Positions 28,697-40,031 of a stretch of 57,916 nt of DNA are shown one piece after another. The notes beneath the pieces were generated by a model. The model was given only the letters and a program-made list of their open reading frames with translations. It did not search any database and was not told the origin of the DNA. Source of the stretch: a bacterium. GTDB taxonomy: Bacteria > Bacteroidota > Ignavibacteria > UBA10030. Within the stretch, counting starts at the first letter, position 1. Every line of letters starts with the position of its first letter. A program made the position numbers and the translations under genes. The stretch covers positions 1 to 57,916 of the forward strand of contig JAZDJN010000058.1 of the NCBI GenBank assembly GCA_043803945.1. Direction: 5' to 3'.

Positions 28697-31600
28697 TTAA
28701 AACTCGGGCCCCAGGGAGAAATAATACATCGGGCTCGAAAAACGTGCACCGCTGTAATTCCAAGCGACATCAATCCGCAGTGGGAAGCCGAAAAAAATCA
28801 AGCGTGCACCAAAACCTGTACCAACCAGCAAGTCCTTTGGTCGAATCCCTTCCTGAGTATAATGATACGCCTGCCAGGGTCCTTTTGACCAAGCCGACCC
28901 GACGTCGATAAATGCCGCGCCAAGGATATTTTGGAAACCGATGGGTAGTGCACCAAGGATGAGATAGCGAACAAGCGGGAAGCGGAATTCAAGGTTCACC
29001 AGTGCGAATTGTGAACCTGCACGAGCGTTATAATTATAACCGCGGAGTGGCAGAACGGGAGTGAGGAATGCATAGTCCTCAACATTCACGATTGGGATTT
29101 CACCGTTGCCATCGAAATTTCTGTTGATCCAGCCTTCAGTCCCGCCAATGAAAAAGGCTTGTTTATCCTTTCCGACACTGATACCGCCCGTGATCCGGTA
29201 GACAAAAAGAAAATCTTGCCAAAGCCGGTTATAGTTGCGGTAATCGAGTGTAAAGGTCTGAACATCCAATGCTTCATTACTGATCTTCGCGCTGCCATAG
29301 AAGGAAAGATTTAGCCTTGATCCATTATTTGGCGCAAACCACCCTCCCTGCCAGAGAGAATTATCGTTGACATAGTTGATGGATGGAAGTAATAACGACC
29401 GGCGTTGCGAAAGCTCAAAAGGGTTATCAAGATTCTCCCGCGAGATATTGAGCCAATTCAAGGAGAAGTCCAACCGGTTGAACCGATCGATCGGGTACGA
29501 TGCGATTCCGGCAATAGACCAGGTCCGGAAACGATAGAGATTCGCATAGCCGTAAGCATCGCCGATATAGAGAAAGCGGGCACTGTGCATTCCGGCAAAT
29601 CCGTAGTCGATACGATGAGGGAGATAAAAATACGAGAGCCCGTAATCGCTGTTCTTCAAATCGAGCATGAGGTTGGTCTGGAAGATAATTTGGTGATCGC
29701 CGAGCATGTCGCTGAATGCGAAAATGGTCTGCCCTTCTACTCCGTAGAAGGTATTGTAGGCAGCGGTACCGTATATCAAATCCGGGGTAAACGATAATTT
29801 GTACTTCCGCGGGACATAATTCCCATCAGCGTCCTTATTATCGAGAAGTGTGAATTGGGCCGGTGATTTTGCAGTACGAAGCGTATCGCGTATATTTTCA
29901 GGAAGGAAAACAAAGTTCTTGAGATCCATTCGTTCCGGACCTGAATATTTACTTGGCTCACTCGTCGTATCGGCGACAATGACAATGTTGTTCCGGACAG
30001 TGATCGAATCGGTGAGTGTTTTGCCGGTAAACACTTCCCTGGGTTTCTCGTCCCGGGGAAGGAAAAATTTGCGCTTGAGATAATCGACAGGTTCAAGCTG
30101 TGCGACATTCAACCGCCGATCGAGTGGAGAGCGCATAACAAAAATATCAAATCCCGCCTTATTCAGCGAAGAGAAGGCGAGCCTTGACCCATCTCGTGAA
30201 ATGGAGAGTTGGTAAATTCCCGAAAGCGAGTTTGTGACCGGCCGCTCGATCCCTGTCGTCAGGTCTTGTTCATAGACATTGTTAATACCATTACGATCAG
30301 AGATATAGAGGATTTTTTTGCCATCCGGTGAAACAACGCAAGAGGTTTCGTCGCTGTTGGGAAAATCAGTTATTCGCTTCATGAGTTTTGATTCAACCTC
30401 GACACTGTAGAGATCAAGCTGGGAGTAATCCATCTGGCTCATTTTTATGCCCGAGATTTTGCGCTGGGCAAGAAAATCCCGTCGATCGGAAGAGAAGAAA
30501 ATTGTTTTGCCATCGGGAGAGAACGATGGATCGGAATCTGAGAAGATATCATTCGTCAGGTTCATGAGTGCTTTTGCGGTAAGATCGTACACGTAAATAT
30601 CGGACTGGGGAGCTTTTACTCCGGTGAAGGCAATTTTCGATCCTTCCGGCGACCAATCGACTGAGAATATCCCATCGAGATCCAGTTCAATTTTTTCCTC
30701 ATCGCCCGATTCGATGTCGACGATGAATATTGCATCCCGTTCTCCGGATTTTACTGCGATGGCAATCTTTTTGCCATCCGGCGACCAGGTGAGGCCCGGT
30801 GTGAGGAGATGCATTTCCTCAAAGTTCTTTGTCCGCTGGCCGCTGATCACCTTCTCGATGTTTTGACCATCGATGGCCGAAACAACGAACACATCGAAGA
30901 AATCATTTCGGTCGGAGATAAATGCAATTTTGTCTCCCTGCGGCGAGATGGCAGGGCTTGTATTGTAAAAATTCTGATCCTTTGTATGGTCTGTGAGGCG
31001 TTTGGCAAAGTCGGACGGTTCTTCCCTCTTTGCAATGTCAGGCCAGAAGATAACCTTCATTTCCTTTTGCCATCGCTCTGATAATTCCTTCAACGATAAT
31101 CCGATTGTACTCTTGAAGCCCTGTTCAACGTTTCTCACACTCCGCAGCCTGTGCAGGATTTCTGCAATTTTCTGTTCACCATATTTATTGGCGATATAAT
31201 AGTACACAGATTGTCCGCCGCGGTAGGCAAAGTAACCGCCAAGATATTCAATGGGAGGCAGATAGTCTTGTATTGTCGCATCACGAATAAACATATCCGT
31301 ATTGGTGTCCCAACCAAGGGCAGCATATTCGGCAAGACCCTCATTCATCCAGAGGGGGAGTTCAAACGGAGTACGGCTGGAGATCAGTGATTGAATTGTG
31401 CCGCCATAGAACATATCGTTGATCACGGCGTGGACCAGTTCATGGTGGAGCACGTGACGGAATTGAGCATAACTTCCTTCAAAGGGGACGACCACCCGGT
31501 TCTTAAAAAGTTCTGTTACACCGCCAATCCCTTCATCGAGATATTCCGAAACGACATTCGTTTGTTGAAATTCGTTATGGGAGTTATAGATGACAAAAGC

Positions 31601-31849
31601 GACACGATTATTCAGATCAAAACGGATCAGCTTCCGCAGCGATTGGTAGGCATCTTCGATCGCCGCCGCGGCGAACTCCGCTAATTCATACCCGTCCTGT
31701 GCAAAGTAGACGTCGAAGTGATCGGTTTGAATGAATTGCCATTCGAATTTCTTGTATTGGACTTTATTTTTCCCATACACAGAATTCTGGCTTTTTACTG
31801 ACGAGAATCCTATCGCAATAAGTGCGATGAGTATCATTATTTTTTTCAT
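28697..31849 (-). CDS. Peptidase MA-like (HExxH) + PD40/TolB propeller + Omp85-type beta-barrel protein
   Basis: Signal peptide; GKNKVQY, HHELVHA..WMNEGLAEY, repeated WSPDG/SPDG, LRGY and a C-terminal F. Confidence 0.85.
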   Translation of the reverse strand: MKKIMILIALIAIGFSSVKSQNSVYGKNKVQYKKFEWQFIQTDHFDVYFAQDGYELAEFAAAAIEDAYQSLRKLIRFDLNNRVAFVIYNSHNEFQQTNVVSEYLDEGIGGVTELFKNRVVVPFEGSYAQFRHVLHHELVHAVINDMFYGGTIQSLISSRTPFELPLWMNEGLAEYAALGWDTNTDMFIRDATIQDYLPPIEYLGGYFAYRGGQSVYYYIANKYGEQKIAEILHRLRSVRNVEQGFKSTIGLSLKELSERWQKEMKVIFWPDIAKREEPSDFAKRLTDHTKDQNFYNTSPAISPQGDKIAFISDRNDFFDVFVVSAIDGQNIEKVISGQRTKNFEEMHLLTPGLTWSPDGKKIAIAVKSGERDAIFIVDIESGDEEKIELDLDGIFSVDWSPEGSKIAFTGVKAPQSDIYVYDLTAKALMNLTNDIFSDSDPSFSPDGKTIFFSSDRRDFLAQRKISGIKMSQMDYSQLDLYSVEVESKLMKRITDFPNSDETSCVVSPDGKKILYISDRNGINNVYEQDLTTGIERPVTNSLSGIYQLSISRDGSRLAFSSLNKAGFDIFVMRSPLDRRLNVAQLEPVDYLKRKFFLPRDEKPREVFTGKTLTDSITVRNNIVIVADTTSEPSKYSGPERMDLKNFVFLPENIRDTLRTAKSPAQFTLLDNKDADGNYVPRKYKLSFTPDLIYGTAAYNTFYGVEGQTIFAFSDMLGDHQIIFQTNLMLDLKNSDYGLSYFYLPHRIDYGFAGMHSARFLYIGDAYGYANLYRFRTWSIAGIASYPIDRFNRLDFSLNWLNISRENLDNPFELSQRRSLLLPSINYVNDNSLWQGGWFAPNNGSRLNLSFYGSAKISNEALDVQTFTLDYRNYNRLWQDFLFVYRITGGISVGKDKQAFFIGGTEGWINRNFDGNGEIPIVNVEDYAFLTPVLPLRGYNYNARAGSQFALVNLEFRFPLVRYLILGALPIGFQNILGAAFIDVGSAWSKGPWQAYHYTQEGIRPKDLLVGTGFGARLIFFGFPLRIDVAWNYSGARFSSPMYYFSLGPEF

Positions 31850-31961
31850 AGCCCTCCATACCTCATATTCTTCTCAGACTCTTAAAAAATAGTAGCCAAA
31901 AACCGAGGAAAAAGCAATTCATCTGGGACTACCTGTCAATTAAAACACATGAGTCGCTCAA

Positions 31962-34153
31962 TCAAGTTCCAGGCTGCCGACGGTCTCGCCGTGAACGCCG
32001 CACGGTGGTTTCGAGGAGTACAAAATCGATTTCCCGGTCTTCAGGATTGACCCGCACCACCTTTATCTGCACCGGATCGCCCAATCGATATTGTTTTCCA
32101 GTCCTTTTCCCGATCATGGCAAATTTTTTATCATCATAGAGATAATAATCATCCTCAAGATCCCGCACGTGTACCATCCCCTGAACCAGCAGATCATTAA
32201 TTTCAACAAACAGTCCGAACCGTTGCACCCCTGAAATGATCCCATGAAACTCGTCTCCCAGATGACGCTTCATGAACTCGACCTGCATCACTTTAATAGC
32301 CACCCGTTCAACCTCCATGGCCACCCGTTCCCTGTCCGAAGATTGTTTTGCAATGGTGGGCAATCGCTCTTCGAGTTGATGCACCCTGTTGAGATTGACC
32401 GCTCCTCGATATTCCTTCAACAACCGATGCACAATCAAATCCGGGTAACGACGGATGGGTGAAGTAAAATGAGTATAGTAATCAAATGCCAGCCCGTAAT
32501 GTCCGATATTCCGTTCAGAGTACACCGCCTTGCCATCGAACGAAGAGCAACTTCATTGATGACATTCTCCTCCTCACTCCCCCGCACTTCCGCCAGCAGT
32601 TTCTGAAGGACTTTTGAACTGACACCACTATCGATATTGAGCCTGTATCCGAACTTCTCAACAAACAATGCCAGTTCTTTAATGCGATCGGGGTCCGGCG
32701 ACTCATGAATCCGGTACAGAAATGGCTTGGGATTTTCTTCCTTTTTCACAAGGGCAATCCGCCGGGCAATCATCCGATTTGCCAGCAGCATAAACTCTTC
32801 AACGAGCCGATGACTTTCCAGACGTTCCTTCTTGATAATGGTGACCGGAACTCCATGCTCATCAAATTGAAATCCCGCTTCGGGCGAATCGAAGTCGATG
32901 CTCCCATCTTTCATTCTCTTCTTTGTCAGTGTTGTACTGAGTGTGTGCATCATGGTGAGGAGGGAAATGATAGCCTCGCTCCGTTCGCCGAGCCAGGAGG
33001 GAGTTTCTTTCCCATCCAGAATATTCTGTACCTCACCATAGGTAAACCGGTGGTTGCTTCGAATGACCGACTCATGAATTTCATAGTCCTTGACAGCGCC
33101 GCGGGAGGAAACCGCCATGAGAATCGAATGGGTTAACCTCTCCTCATGGGGCCGCAGGCTGCAAAGGCCGCTGGAAAGTTTCTCCGGCAGCATCGGCACG
33201 ACCATATTGGGGAGATACACACTGGTACCCCTGCGCAATGCCTCTTGATCAAGCTCGCTTCCCTCTCTCACATAGTACGAAACATCTGCGATATGAACAC
33301 CAAGACGATAGGAACCATCGGGCAACTGTTCAAGTGAGAGGGCATCGTCGAAATCCTTTGCATCGTCAGGATCGATTGTGATGGTCACCCATTCGCGATA
33401 ATCTGCACGACGCCTGAGTTCTTCTTCGGGGATCACCGGCGGGATTTGCTCCACCTCCAGCATGACTGCCGGTGGGAACTGCTCCGGTAACTGAAACTCC
33501 CGCACCACCGATCGCATTTCGGCAGAGACCTCACCGGCATAGCCGAGCACCTCGACAATGTGCCCCTGAGGATTGAGATGGCCCTTCCCCCATGCGTCGA
33601 TCTTGACAACAACTTTTTGTCCGACCAGAGCTTGATGCAGTTGTTCTTTCTCGACGAAGATGTCGCACGCGATGCGTGCATCATCCGGGATGACGGAATA
33701 GCTATTCCAATTTTGCTCCAGCGTGCCCACAATCTCTGCGTGTGCCCGCTCCACAACGCGGACAACTTCCCCCTCACGTTTCTCGCCCGGATTCCTTTTC
33801 TGTTTTCCCTCAGCAAAGAGTGAGACTTCGACAGTATCGCCATTGACAGCCATACCCCGAAATCGGGGTGCAATGAAAATTTCCTCATCGCGCTGAGAGA
33901 GACGGACAAATCCGAATCCCTGCTTTGTCATTTGAAAAATACCGATCACAAGCTGGAGTATTTCAAGATGACTAAACCTGCCATTTTTCACCCGTTCGAT
34001 TTTATTTACCTCCTGTAATTGACGTAAAACACCTTTCAACGCCTGATATTCCTCGTTCGTTCGTAAGCTTAGCCGTCGTTGAAGTTCTTTGGGCTTAAAC
34101 TGCTGATTGGGATACCTGGCGAGAAATGCCAGTAATTTATGTTCGATGGTCAC
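31962..34153 (-). pseudogene. rnr: Ribonuclease R, split by a single-base frameshift near 32530 (true lesion or assembly error)
   Basis: Cold-shock domains and TIDPDDAKDFDDA in ORF 32435-34153; HFTSPIRRYPDL and an S1 domain in ORF 31962-32525. One added A restores RSMAKAVYS. Confidence 0.9.
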
Positions 34154-34197
34154 GATACCAGCCGCTCCTCGTTACTTAGTTCTCGATGAAATAAATG

Positions 34198-34290
34198 CCA
34201 CTGCACCAGGCGCAACTGTCCGCCATCTGTCGCGCTTTTTGCGTCCGCCGTCTTTTTGGCGGATTGGCGGATCAGCCTCTGGCTGAAAAG
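34198..34290 (-). repeat. ~90-bp composite hairpin element, copy A (inverted relative to B and C)
   Basis: Reverse complement of TCAGCCAGAGGCTGATCCGCCAATCCGCCAAAAAGACGGCGGACGCAAAAAGCGCGACAGATGGCGGACA..GCGCCTGGTGC. Confidence 0.95.
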
Positions 34291-34472
34291 TTAAGAATAA
34301 AATCAAACCAGTAAGTGCACCAAGGAGACAAAGCAAAAACTGTTGAATTAGTTTAATTTTCTATTAGTCTGTTTTCTTTTCATTCTTCGCGTCCTTTGTG
34401 CCCTTTGTGGTTGGACTTTCCGTCTAAGCTTCTAGCACTTTGACGCTTGCAAGGGACAAAAGTTGAATTCGG

Positions 34473-37400
34473 TCAGAAAGTAATTCGGTAAAGCAGCCGC
34501 ACGCCATTGGATTCACGGCGGCGTTCAAAGGATTCTGCAACCTGCACACGACGTTCGGCTTCGAGCACCAAATTTCGAAGGGCTTCGACGCCCAGAAGCG
34601 AACTCATCGGTAATTGAACGCTGATATTTGTATTCAGCGGATCATTCAATACTTTTCCGCCAAGCCGGAACACTGCATCACCAATCTCCCCTGTGATGCG
34701 GACATCAGTGTCCTTCATATCGCCGCCCGAGTACAAGACATCCACTGAACGAAACACTCCCAGCTCTTTTCTCAAGAGATCGGTCAACGGCCCGGAAAGC
34801 ACGGAGGAAGTTAGACCGAGCAGCATCGACGGGCTGAGAAGCGTCGCTTCCGCCTGTTCATCTTTGAACTTACCGTTAATAATGAAGGAGAGTGCATTGG
34901 CTTCATCGTCGCCTTTGGATTGCAGGAGATTATTGGCCTGATCATAGCGCTTCAGTTCTGTCTTCACCTGCGGCTTATCGCGCGTCCCTTTAATTAACAA
35001 GTTCACCACTACTCGTTCTTCGTCATTTTTCGTGAGTGAATTCACCGTGCTGACCACGCCGCTCTGACCGTTATAGAAACCTTCATACTTTGCCACAACA
35101 TCCAATTCGGGATTCAAGAGATCGCCGGTGAAGTTAAGTTTACCGCTTGCATCCAGCTTGCGAATCACCATGTTATAGTACGACGCAGCGCCAAGCTGAA
35201 CCTCGCCGGTAAAATTAATCTGATCCTGCCCCTTGCTGAAATTTGTCCGACCGCTTAGTTCCGCAAACAATTCTTCGTTGGTGAGATTGTTGAAAATGAA
35301 CCGAAGCTGGGTCAGACCTTGTGTTTCTATCTGTACATTATAGACAATGTTATCGAGAAACGATTTGGTGTTCAACGTGGCCGCGGCAGCTTGTCCGTTC
35401 CTGCCCTGTGCATTCCGCTTTGCGTTTGTCCCTGAAAACCTAAGCAAGCCTGTGCTTCTCCCGATAATACTTTCCTGTATCGCAGGCATCAGCGTTGCCT
35501 TGAGTGTATCATTGACAAACGATACCGGAATACGATTTGATGGAAGCTCCAGCGATTCACGGGTCGGCGGCAATGTGATACTGGCGTTTCGCACGAGCAG
35601 CTTACCTGTCAACGAGGAAATGCCCGGAGTACCTTTCCAGAACAAACCATCTGGTCCTGTGGCGGTAAACAGATTGCCGTAGAAACGGAGATTGGGCAAC
35701 CGAACAGACTCTTTCATTACCACAAGCTGGCCTTTGGCAATCAGATCGAAATCCTTGATCGACAGTCCGTAGAGTGAAAAGGTTCCGGAGACATTCATTT
35801 TTCCATCGGGCCGATCTTCGGGGATATTGTTCACCGTAAGATTGTCCAATCCGATTTTTTTTCCTTGCGGTACTAGTTTTCCATCGACAATATACATGAG
35901 ACCAAGCGGTCTGAAAAGAAACCGCGCTTGAGTTAGTGTGACCGATCCTTCATACGAGGGCTCACTGATTGTTCCACGCATTTTCATGCTGCAGGTCATA
36001 TGGCCGGTCAGATTGTCAAGTTCAGAAATGAAAGGGTCGAGCAACTCCAACTTGAATCTGGTCGCCTCGACATCAAGATTCATCTCTCCCTCGACAGATC
36101 GTTCGCCATTGCCAGAAAAAACAATGGTATAAGGGATTGTACCTTTAACAAGGAGATCGGGAACGGCCGAGAGTGAATCTCCATTCTTGCAAACCTGCAT
36201 GAAGAGTGTCAGGAGTTGGTTCGCATACGAATACCGTCCATTAATTTTCCCAAGCGGCGTTTCCTGATATCGTACATCAGAGGCAGCGAGCTCAACCGAT
36301 AGGTTCGGCGATTCGAATGTATTGGAAAAATGAGTAACCAGGCTTAGCTGCCCGTCCAATTCTCGCAATGTAGGATCTGTTCTTAAGCCGGGATGGTGGA
36401 ATCGCAAATCTGCCAGACGAAATCCGGTCACTGACAGTGTTATATCGGATGTTCCATAGGGATTGCCATACCCCTGTACGGTGGCTGCAGCGACTTCATG
36501 TCGTACCGTTAAACGGTTGAAGTACACTCCGTCACGCCCGATGGTACATTCGACCGGTTGAGCCGCGCTCCATTGATAGGAAGGAAATTGAATTGAAAGA
36601 TCCTGAAGCGCGATTTTAACGAAGCCATCTTGATATTCAGACAGACCCTTGAGACTGACTGTGGCAACCGAGTCGATGAGCGTTGAAAGCTGGAATGCAC
36701 TACTCCCACCGGTCAATCCTGCACGCAGTGAGAGAGTGTTGAGCGGAAGTGTGTTAATCTCAAATCTGGCAGCTTCACAAGTAATCTGGGATGTAATACC
36801 CGAAAGGATCGTTGAGGGATTAAGTCCTGCAAAGCTGAATGAACATTGCGCATCCTCGGCATAAAGACGTGTGTGATGATCATCGTACAAGCATTCCCGG
36901 ATTGTCGAACGCCCCGTGAGAGAGATCGCATCGCCATCTGACTGCACTTCTCCTCCGATGGAGAGCTGTCCTGCCAAATCTACTCCTAGGATTACTCCAA
37001 TGGGAAATGCATCCTTTACTGTCAAGGCAAATCGTGCACGAACTGTATCTGGCCGCAAATGAATGGAAGAATAGAAAGTGGTGTCGGAAACTCTGAAGGA
37101 CCCCGGCGCCCGCAGCGAATCAAGAGCGGCCATGCGAAATCGCGTAGCATCGCTGAATATCGTCGCCCCATCTACCAAAGCATTGATGAAGGTTTCCGGA
37201 TTTACTGTTCCCAATATTGTTAAATCCACAGCATCGGATTTCAACTCGATGGTTTGGTGCTCTTGCTTAAAAGTATTAATTGTTGTCCTGACTGTGCCCC
37301 GTTCAAATTCGACACCTGAGAACGTCGAGTGCTGAAACTGGAGAGCAAGATCGTTCCTCATCCGGTCGAGACTGAGGCCCCTGCCCTGGGAGGAAAATGC

Positions 37401-39026
37401 GAAATTAAGGTTACTCGAATAGCGCGGATTCTTGATGATGTCGGAAAGATCGAGGCCATTAATCCTGCCGGTCAGTTCGTACAGCATCGAATCCTGTTCG
37501 AAAAAAGTGAGTTTGCCGCTCACATCGACGCGAGCCTGATTGATCGAGGCCAAGAGATGAGGCCTTACGACTCCATCGGCCGCATCGAGCACCAATACCG
37601 AAGATCCAATGGCATACCCGTTGAATTCTGACGAGTCGATTTCAACACGAGCAGTTGAAAGAAGCGAGCTCGTTGTCGTTCCCTGCCCTTTGAGTTTGAT
37701 TGTGGAGTTCAGCCTGCTTTCCAACGATTGCCGGGCAAATAGTTTTGCCAGGTTCAGTTGGAGTGTTTTCACTGTTGCATCGTACACGAGCAGATCGCCT
37801 CGACTATCGAGATTTACATTCACTTCACTTTGACCCGCTTCTGTGCTCATAGTTATCTGGGCATCAAAGAGACTTGGTGTCCCGGTGAAGTGCCAGGAAA
37901 AATTTGTTTCACCGATCGATCTGAGGTCAGGAAGAGAGAGGCCGGGCAAATGCTCAAGGAGATCTATTGGTTTGAGGATATTCCTGCTCGAACCGAGATT
38001 CAACTCGAGGTTCTCCGGCCGGTGGAGGTTCATCACTGAACCAACGGCATGGAGGCTCGACGAGCCAAATTCAACGTTGCACTTTTTAATTTCCAGGTTT
38101 CCAAACGCACCATCGGCCAGAATCTGACCGGAGGCGGTACGATCCAGAAAACTAATCGAGGAACCAATCCATTGCTTCAATTCTTTAAAGTCAAGTTGTT
38201 TGACATCAAGATTGAGCGACACCGGAGTTTTTTCCAACTCAGCAATATTCGATAGTGACAAGACATCTTCTTTTTCAAGAGAAACGCTGAGTGAAAAATT
38301 TGTTCGTTCAGTTTCTATCGAGAGGTTGCGAATCCTTGCGAGGAGCGGTGTTACTAAAAATTCACCGCCCAACTGGACCAGGTGAAATTCCGGTTCAACG
38401 GATTCGAATGAGAGAGAGGAAATTTCACAGCGAATCTCCTGCCTCCTGATTGTGGCGCTTGCCTTAAGGTCGAATTGATGCACTGCGAGATCAGCATAAT
38501 CAAATTCTGTTCTATCCCGTGAACTATCTATGACTGATCGCGCCTTCATGCCAATCGAGTCCTTTACCACGATACTACCATTCTTGATTTCAACAAATCC
38601 AAGAGTGATTGTCCATGAGGAGGGTGTCGAATCGGAGGTTGAAGATTTAAAAAGGCGATTGAAATTCCACGTACTGTCTCCCGACCGCATAAGTGAGAAT
38701 CGTGGATTCAACAGGGTGATGCGGGAAAGTGAAACTTTGTTAAAGAGAAATCCAAGCGGATCGTATCGGGCTTCTACTCTGTCGATAAAAGCAATTTCAG
38801 AGTCGGAGGTATTCACACGGAGGCTGTCAATCCAGAATCCGGTAAGGAGATTGCCTTCGATCTGTCCGAGCTGCACTTCTCCTTCCAGCGCTTTGGAGAG
38901 GGTCGATAATACGACCGTACGCAGATATGACCGGAACATTCGTGTCTGCGTCATTCCTCCAAGAACCACGACGAGAAAGAGGACGATGATGCCCGCATGA
39001 TATGTCGATCGAAAAAACTTCTTCAT
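34473..39026 (-). CDS. TamB/AsmA-like translocation and assembly module protein
   Basis: 1517 aa, N-terminal TM anchor, beta-rich repeats and C-terminal FTGDLLNPELDV typical of the TamB (DUF490) region. Confidence 0.8.
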   Translation of the reverse strand: MKKFFRSTYHAGIIVLFLVVVLGGMTQTRMFRSYLRTVVLSTLSKALEGEVQLGQIEGNLLTGFWIDSLRVNTSDSEIAFIDRVEARYDPLGFLFNKVSLSRITLLNPRFSLMRSGDSTWNFNRLFKSSTSDSTPSSWTITLGFVEIKNGSIVVKDSIGMKARSVIDSSRDRTEFDYADLAVHQFDLKASATIRRQEIRCEISSLSFESVEPEFHLVQLGGEFLVTPLLARIRNLSIETERTNFSLSVSLEKEDVLSLSNIAELEKTPVSLNLDVKQLDFKELKQWIGSSISFLDRTASGQILADGAFGNLEIKKCNVEFGSSSLHAVGSVMNLHRPENLELNLGSSRNILKPIDLLEHLPGLSLPDLRSIGETNFSWHFTGTPSLFDAQITMSTEAGQSEVNVNLDSRGDLLVYDATVKTLQLNLAKLFARQSLESRLNSTIKLKGQGTTTSSLLSTARVEIDSSEFNGYAIGSSVLVLDAADGVVRPHLLASINQARVDVSGKLTFFEQDSMLYELTGRINGLDLSDIIKNPRYSSNLNFAFSSQGRGLSLDRMRNDLALQFQHSTFSGVEFERGTVRTTINTFKQEHQTIELKSDAVDLTILGTVNPETFINALVDGATIFSDATRFRMAALDSLRAPGSFRVSDTTFYSSIHLRPDTVRARFALTVKDAFPIGVILGVDLAGQLSIGGEVQSDGDAISLTGRSTIRECLYDDHHTRLYAEDAQCSFSFAGLNPSTILSGITSQITCEAARFEINTLPLNTLSLRAGLTGGSSAFQLSTLIDSVATVSLKGLSEYQDGFVKIALQDLSIQFPSYQWSAAQPVECTIGRDGVYFNRLTVRHEVAAATVQGYGNPYGTSDITLSVTGFRLADLRFHHPGLRTDPTLRELDGQLSLVTHFSNTFESPNLSVELAASDVRYQETPLGKINGRYSYANQLLTLFMQVCKNGDSLSAVPDLLVKGTIPYTIVFSGNGERSVEGEMNLDVEATRFKLELLDPFISELDNLTGHMTCSMKMRGTISEPSYEGSVTLTQARFLFRPLGLMYIVDGKLVPQGKKIGLDNLTVNNIPEDRPDGKMNVSGTFSLYGLSIKDFDLIAKGQLVVMKESVRLPNLRFYGNLFTATGPDGLFWKGTPGISSLTGKLLVRNASITLPPTRESLELPSNRIPVSFVNDTLKATLMPAIQESIIGRSTGLLRFSGTNAKRNAQGRNGQAAAATLNTKSFLDNIVYNVQIETQGLTQLRFIFNNLTNEELFAELSGRTNFSKGQDQINFTGEVQLGAASYYNMVIRKLDASGKLNFTGDLLNPELDVVAKYEGFYNGQSGVVSTVNSLTKNDEERVVVNLLIKGTRDKPQVKTELKRYDQANNLLQSKGDDEANALSFIINGKFKDEQAEATLLSPSMLLGLTSSVLSGPLTDLLRKELGVFRSVDVLYSGGDMKDTDVRITGEIGDAVFRLGGKVLNDPLNTNISVQLPMSSLLGVEALRNLVLEAERRVQVAESFERRRESNGVRLLYRITF

Positions 39027-39283
39027 GCCCTGCGCTCTATTCGATGAGTAGTGAAACTGAATATGCTAAAAAAGAAAACCGCCCCCGAACATAGAACGTT
39101 CGGGGCAGGCATGCCGCCAAAAGCGCCAAAGTTATTTTAAAAAAGACAGAATAAAAAGGAACCCATTCTGATAGCGAAATAAAATAATTCTACAGTTTGT
39201 GTTCTTCGTGTCCTTCGTGGTTGGACTATTCGTCCGAGTTGCTATCTGGTTCGATGTTTGTGAAAAGAATCCTGAGAATAAAT

Positions 39284-39763
39284 TTATTTGGTATTCGACT
39301 CTCTGATCTTCTCGACAATTTGGCTTGTAGACCGATTGGACTCAAATGTGATCGAATGGACAGCGCCGCCCGCCTGTTCAACAACATCCTTGCCGACGAT
39401 TGCATCGATGGACCAATCTCCCCCTTTTACAAGGATATCGGGGACGATCGCCTTAATGAGTTCATAGGGAGTATCTTCATCAAAGAGGCAGACATAATCG
39501 ATCACAGCAAGTGCAGAGAGTACATACGCACGGTCCATCTCAGAGACAATGGGTCTGCTTGGGCCTTTTAACCTCTGGACAGAAGCATCGGTATTCATCC
39601 CGACAACGAGCAGGTCACCGAGCGATCTCGCTTTCGTCAGGTATTCTACATGTCCGCGATGGAGAATATCAAAACATCCATTCGTGAAGACGATGTGTTT
39701 TCCCTCACGCTTCAATAAGCGGCAAATTTCACTCAGTTCCTGCCGTGTTACGATTCGTCCCAT
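39284..39763 (-). CDS. rfaE2: D-glycero-beta-D-manno-heptose 1-phosphate adenylyltransferase (HldE domain II)
   Basis: VFTNGCFDILHRGH, LKGPSRP, FDEDTP and VKGGDW motifs. Confidence 0.95.
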   Translation of the reverse strand: MGRIVTRQELSEICRLLKREGKHIVFTNGCFDILHRGHVEYLTKARSLGDLLVVGMNTDASVQRLKGPSRPIVSEMDRAYVLSALAVIDYVCLFDEDTPYELIKAIVPDILVKGGDWSIDAIVGKDVVEQAGGAVHSITFESNRSTSQIVEKIRESNTK

Positions 39764-39900
39764 TCGTTTCGCCTTACTCCACCTAAGAACCCGGTTGAAA
39801 AGTATAGGAAATAATTTAACCACTAAGGGCACGAAGGAAGAGCTGTAAAAATGATAAAATTTGAAATCAATTTAATTTCATTTTATTCTTTGTGTTCTTT

Positions 39901-39920
39901 CCTGCCTGCCGGCAGGCAGG
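39901..39920. repeat. 20-bp perfect palindrome CCTGCCTGCCGGCAGGCAGG
   Basis: Perfect palindrome; variants at ~41140, 41245-41308, ~53473 and ~54838. Confidence 0.9.
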
Positions 39921-39925
39921 GTGTC

Positions 39926-40018
39926 CTTCTCAGCTAGAGGCTGATCCGCCAATCCGCCAAAAAGACGGCGGACGCAAAAAGCGCGACAGACGGCGGACAT
40001 GTGCGCCTGGCGCAGTGG
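39926..40018 (+). repeat. ~90-bp composite hairpin element, copy B
   Basis: Core near-identical to 34198-34290 and 51983-52077. Confidence 0.95.
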
Positions 40019-40031
40019 TTGGACTTTTCGT

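Noticed and set aside
32435-32540. Programmed ribosomal frameshift in rnr
   Set aside because: No slippery heptamer or stimulatory structure is evident; a one-base deletion is simpler.
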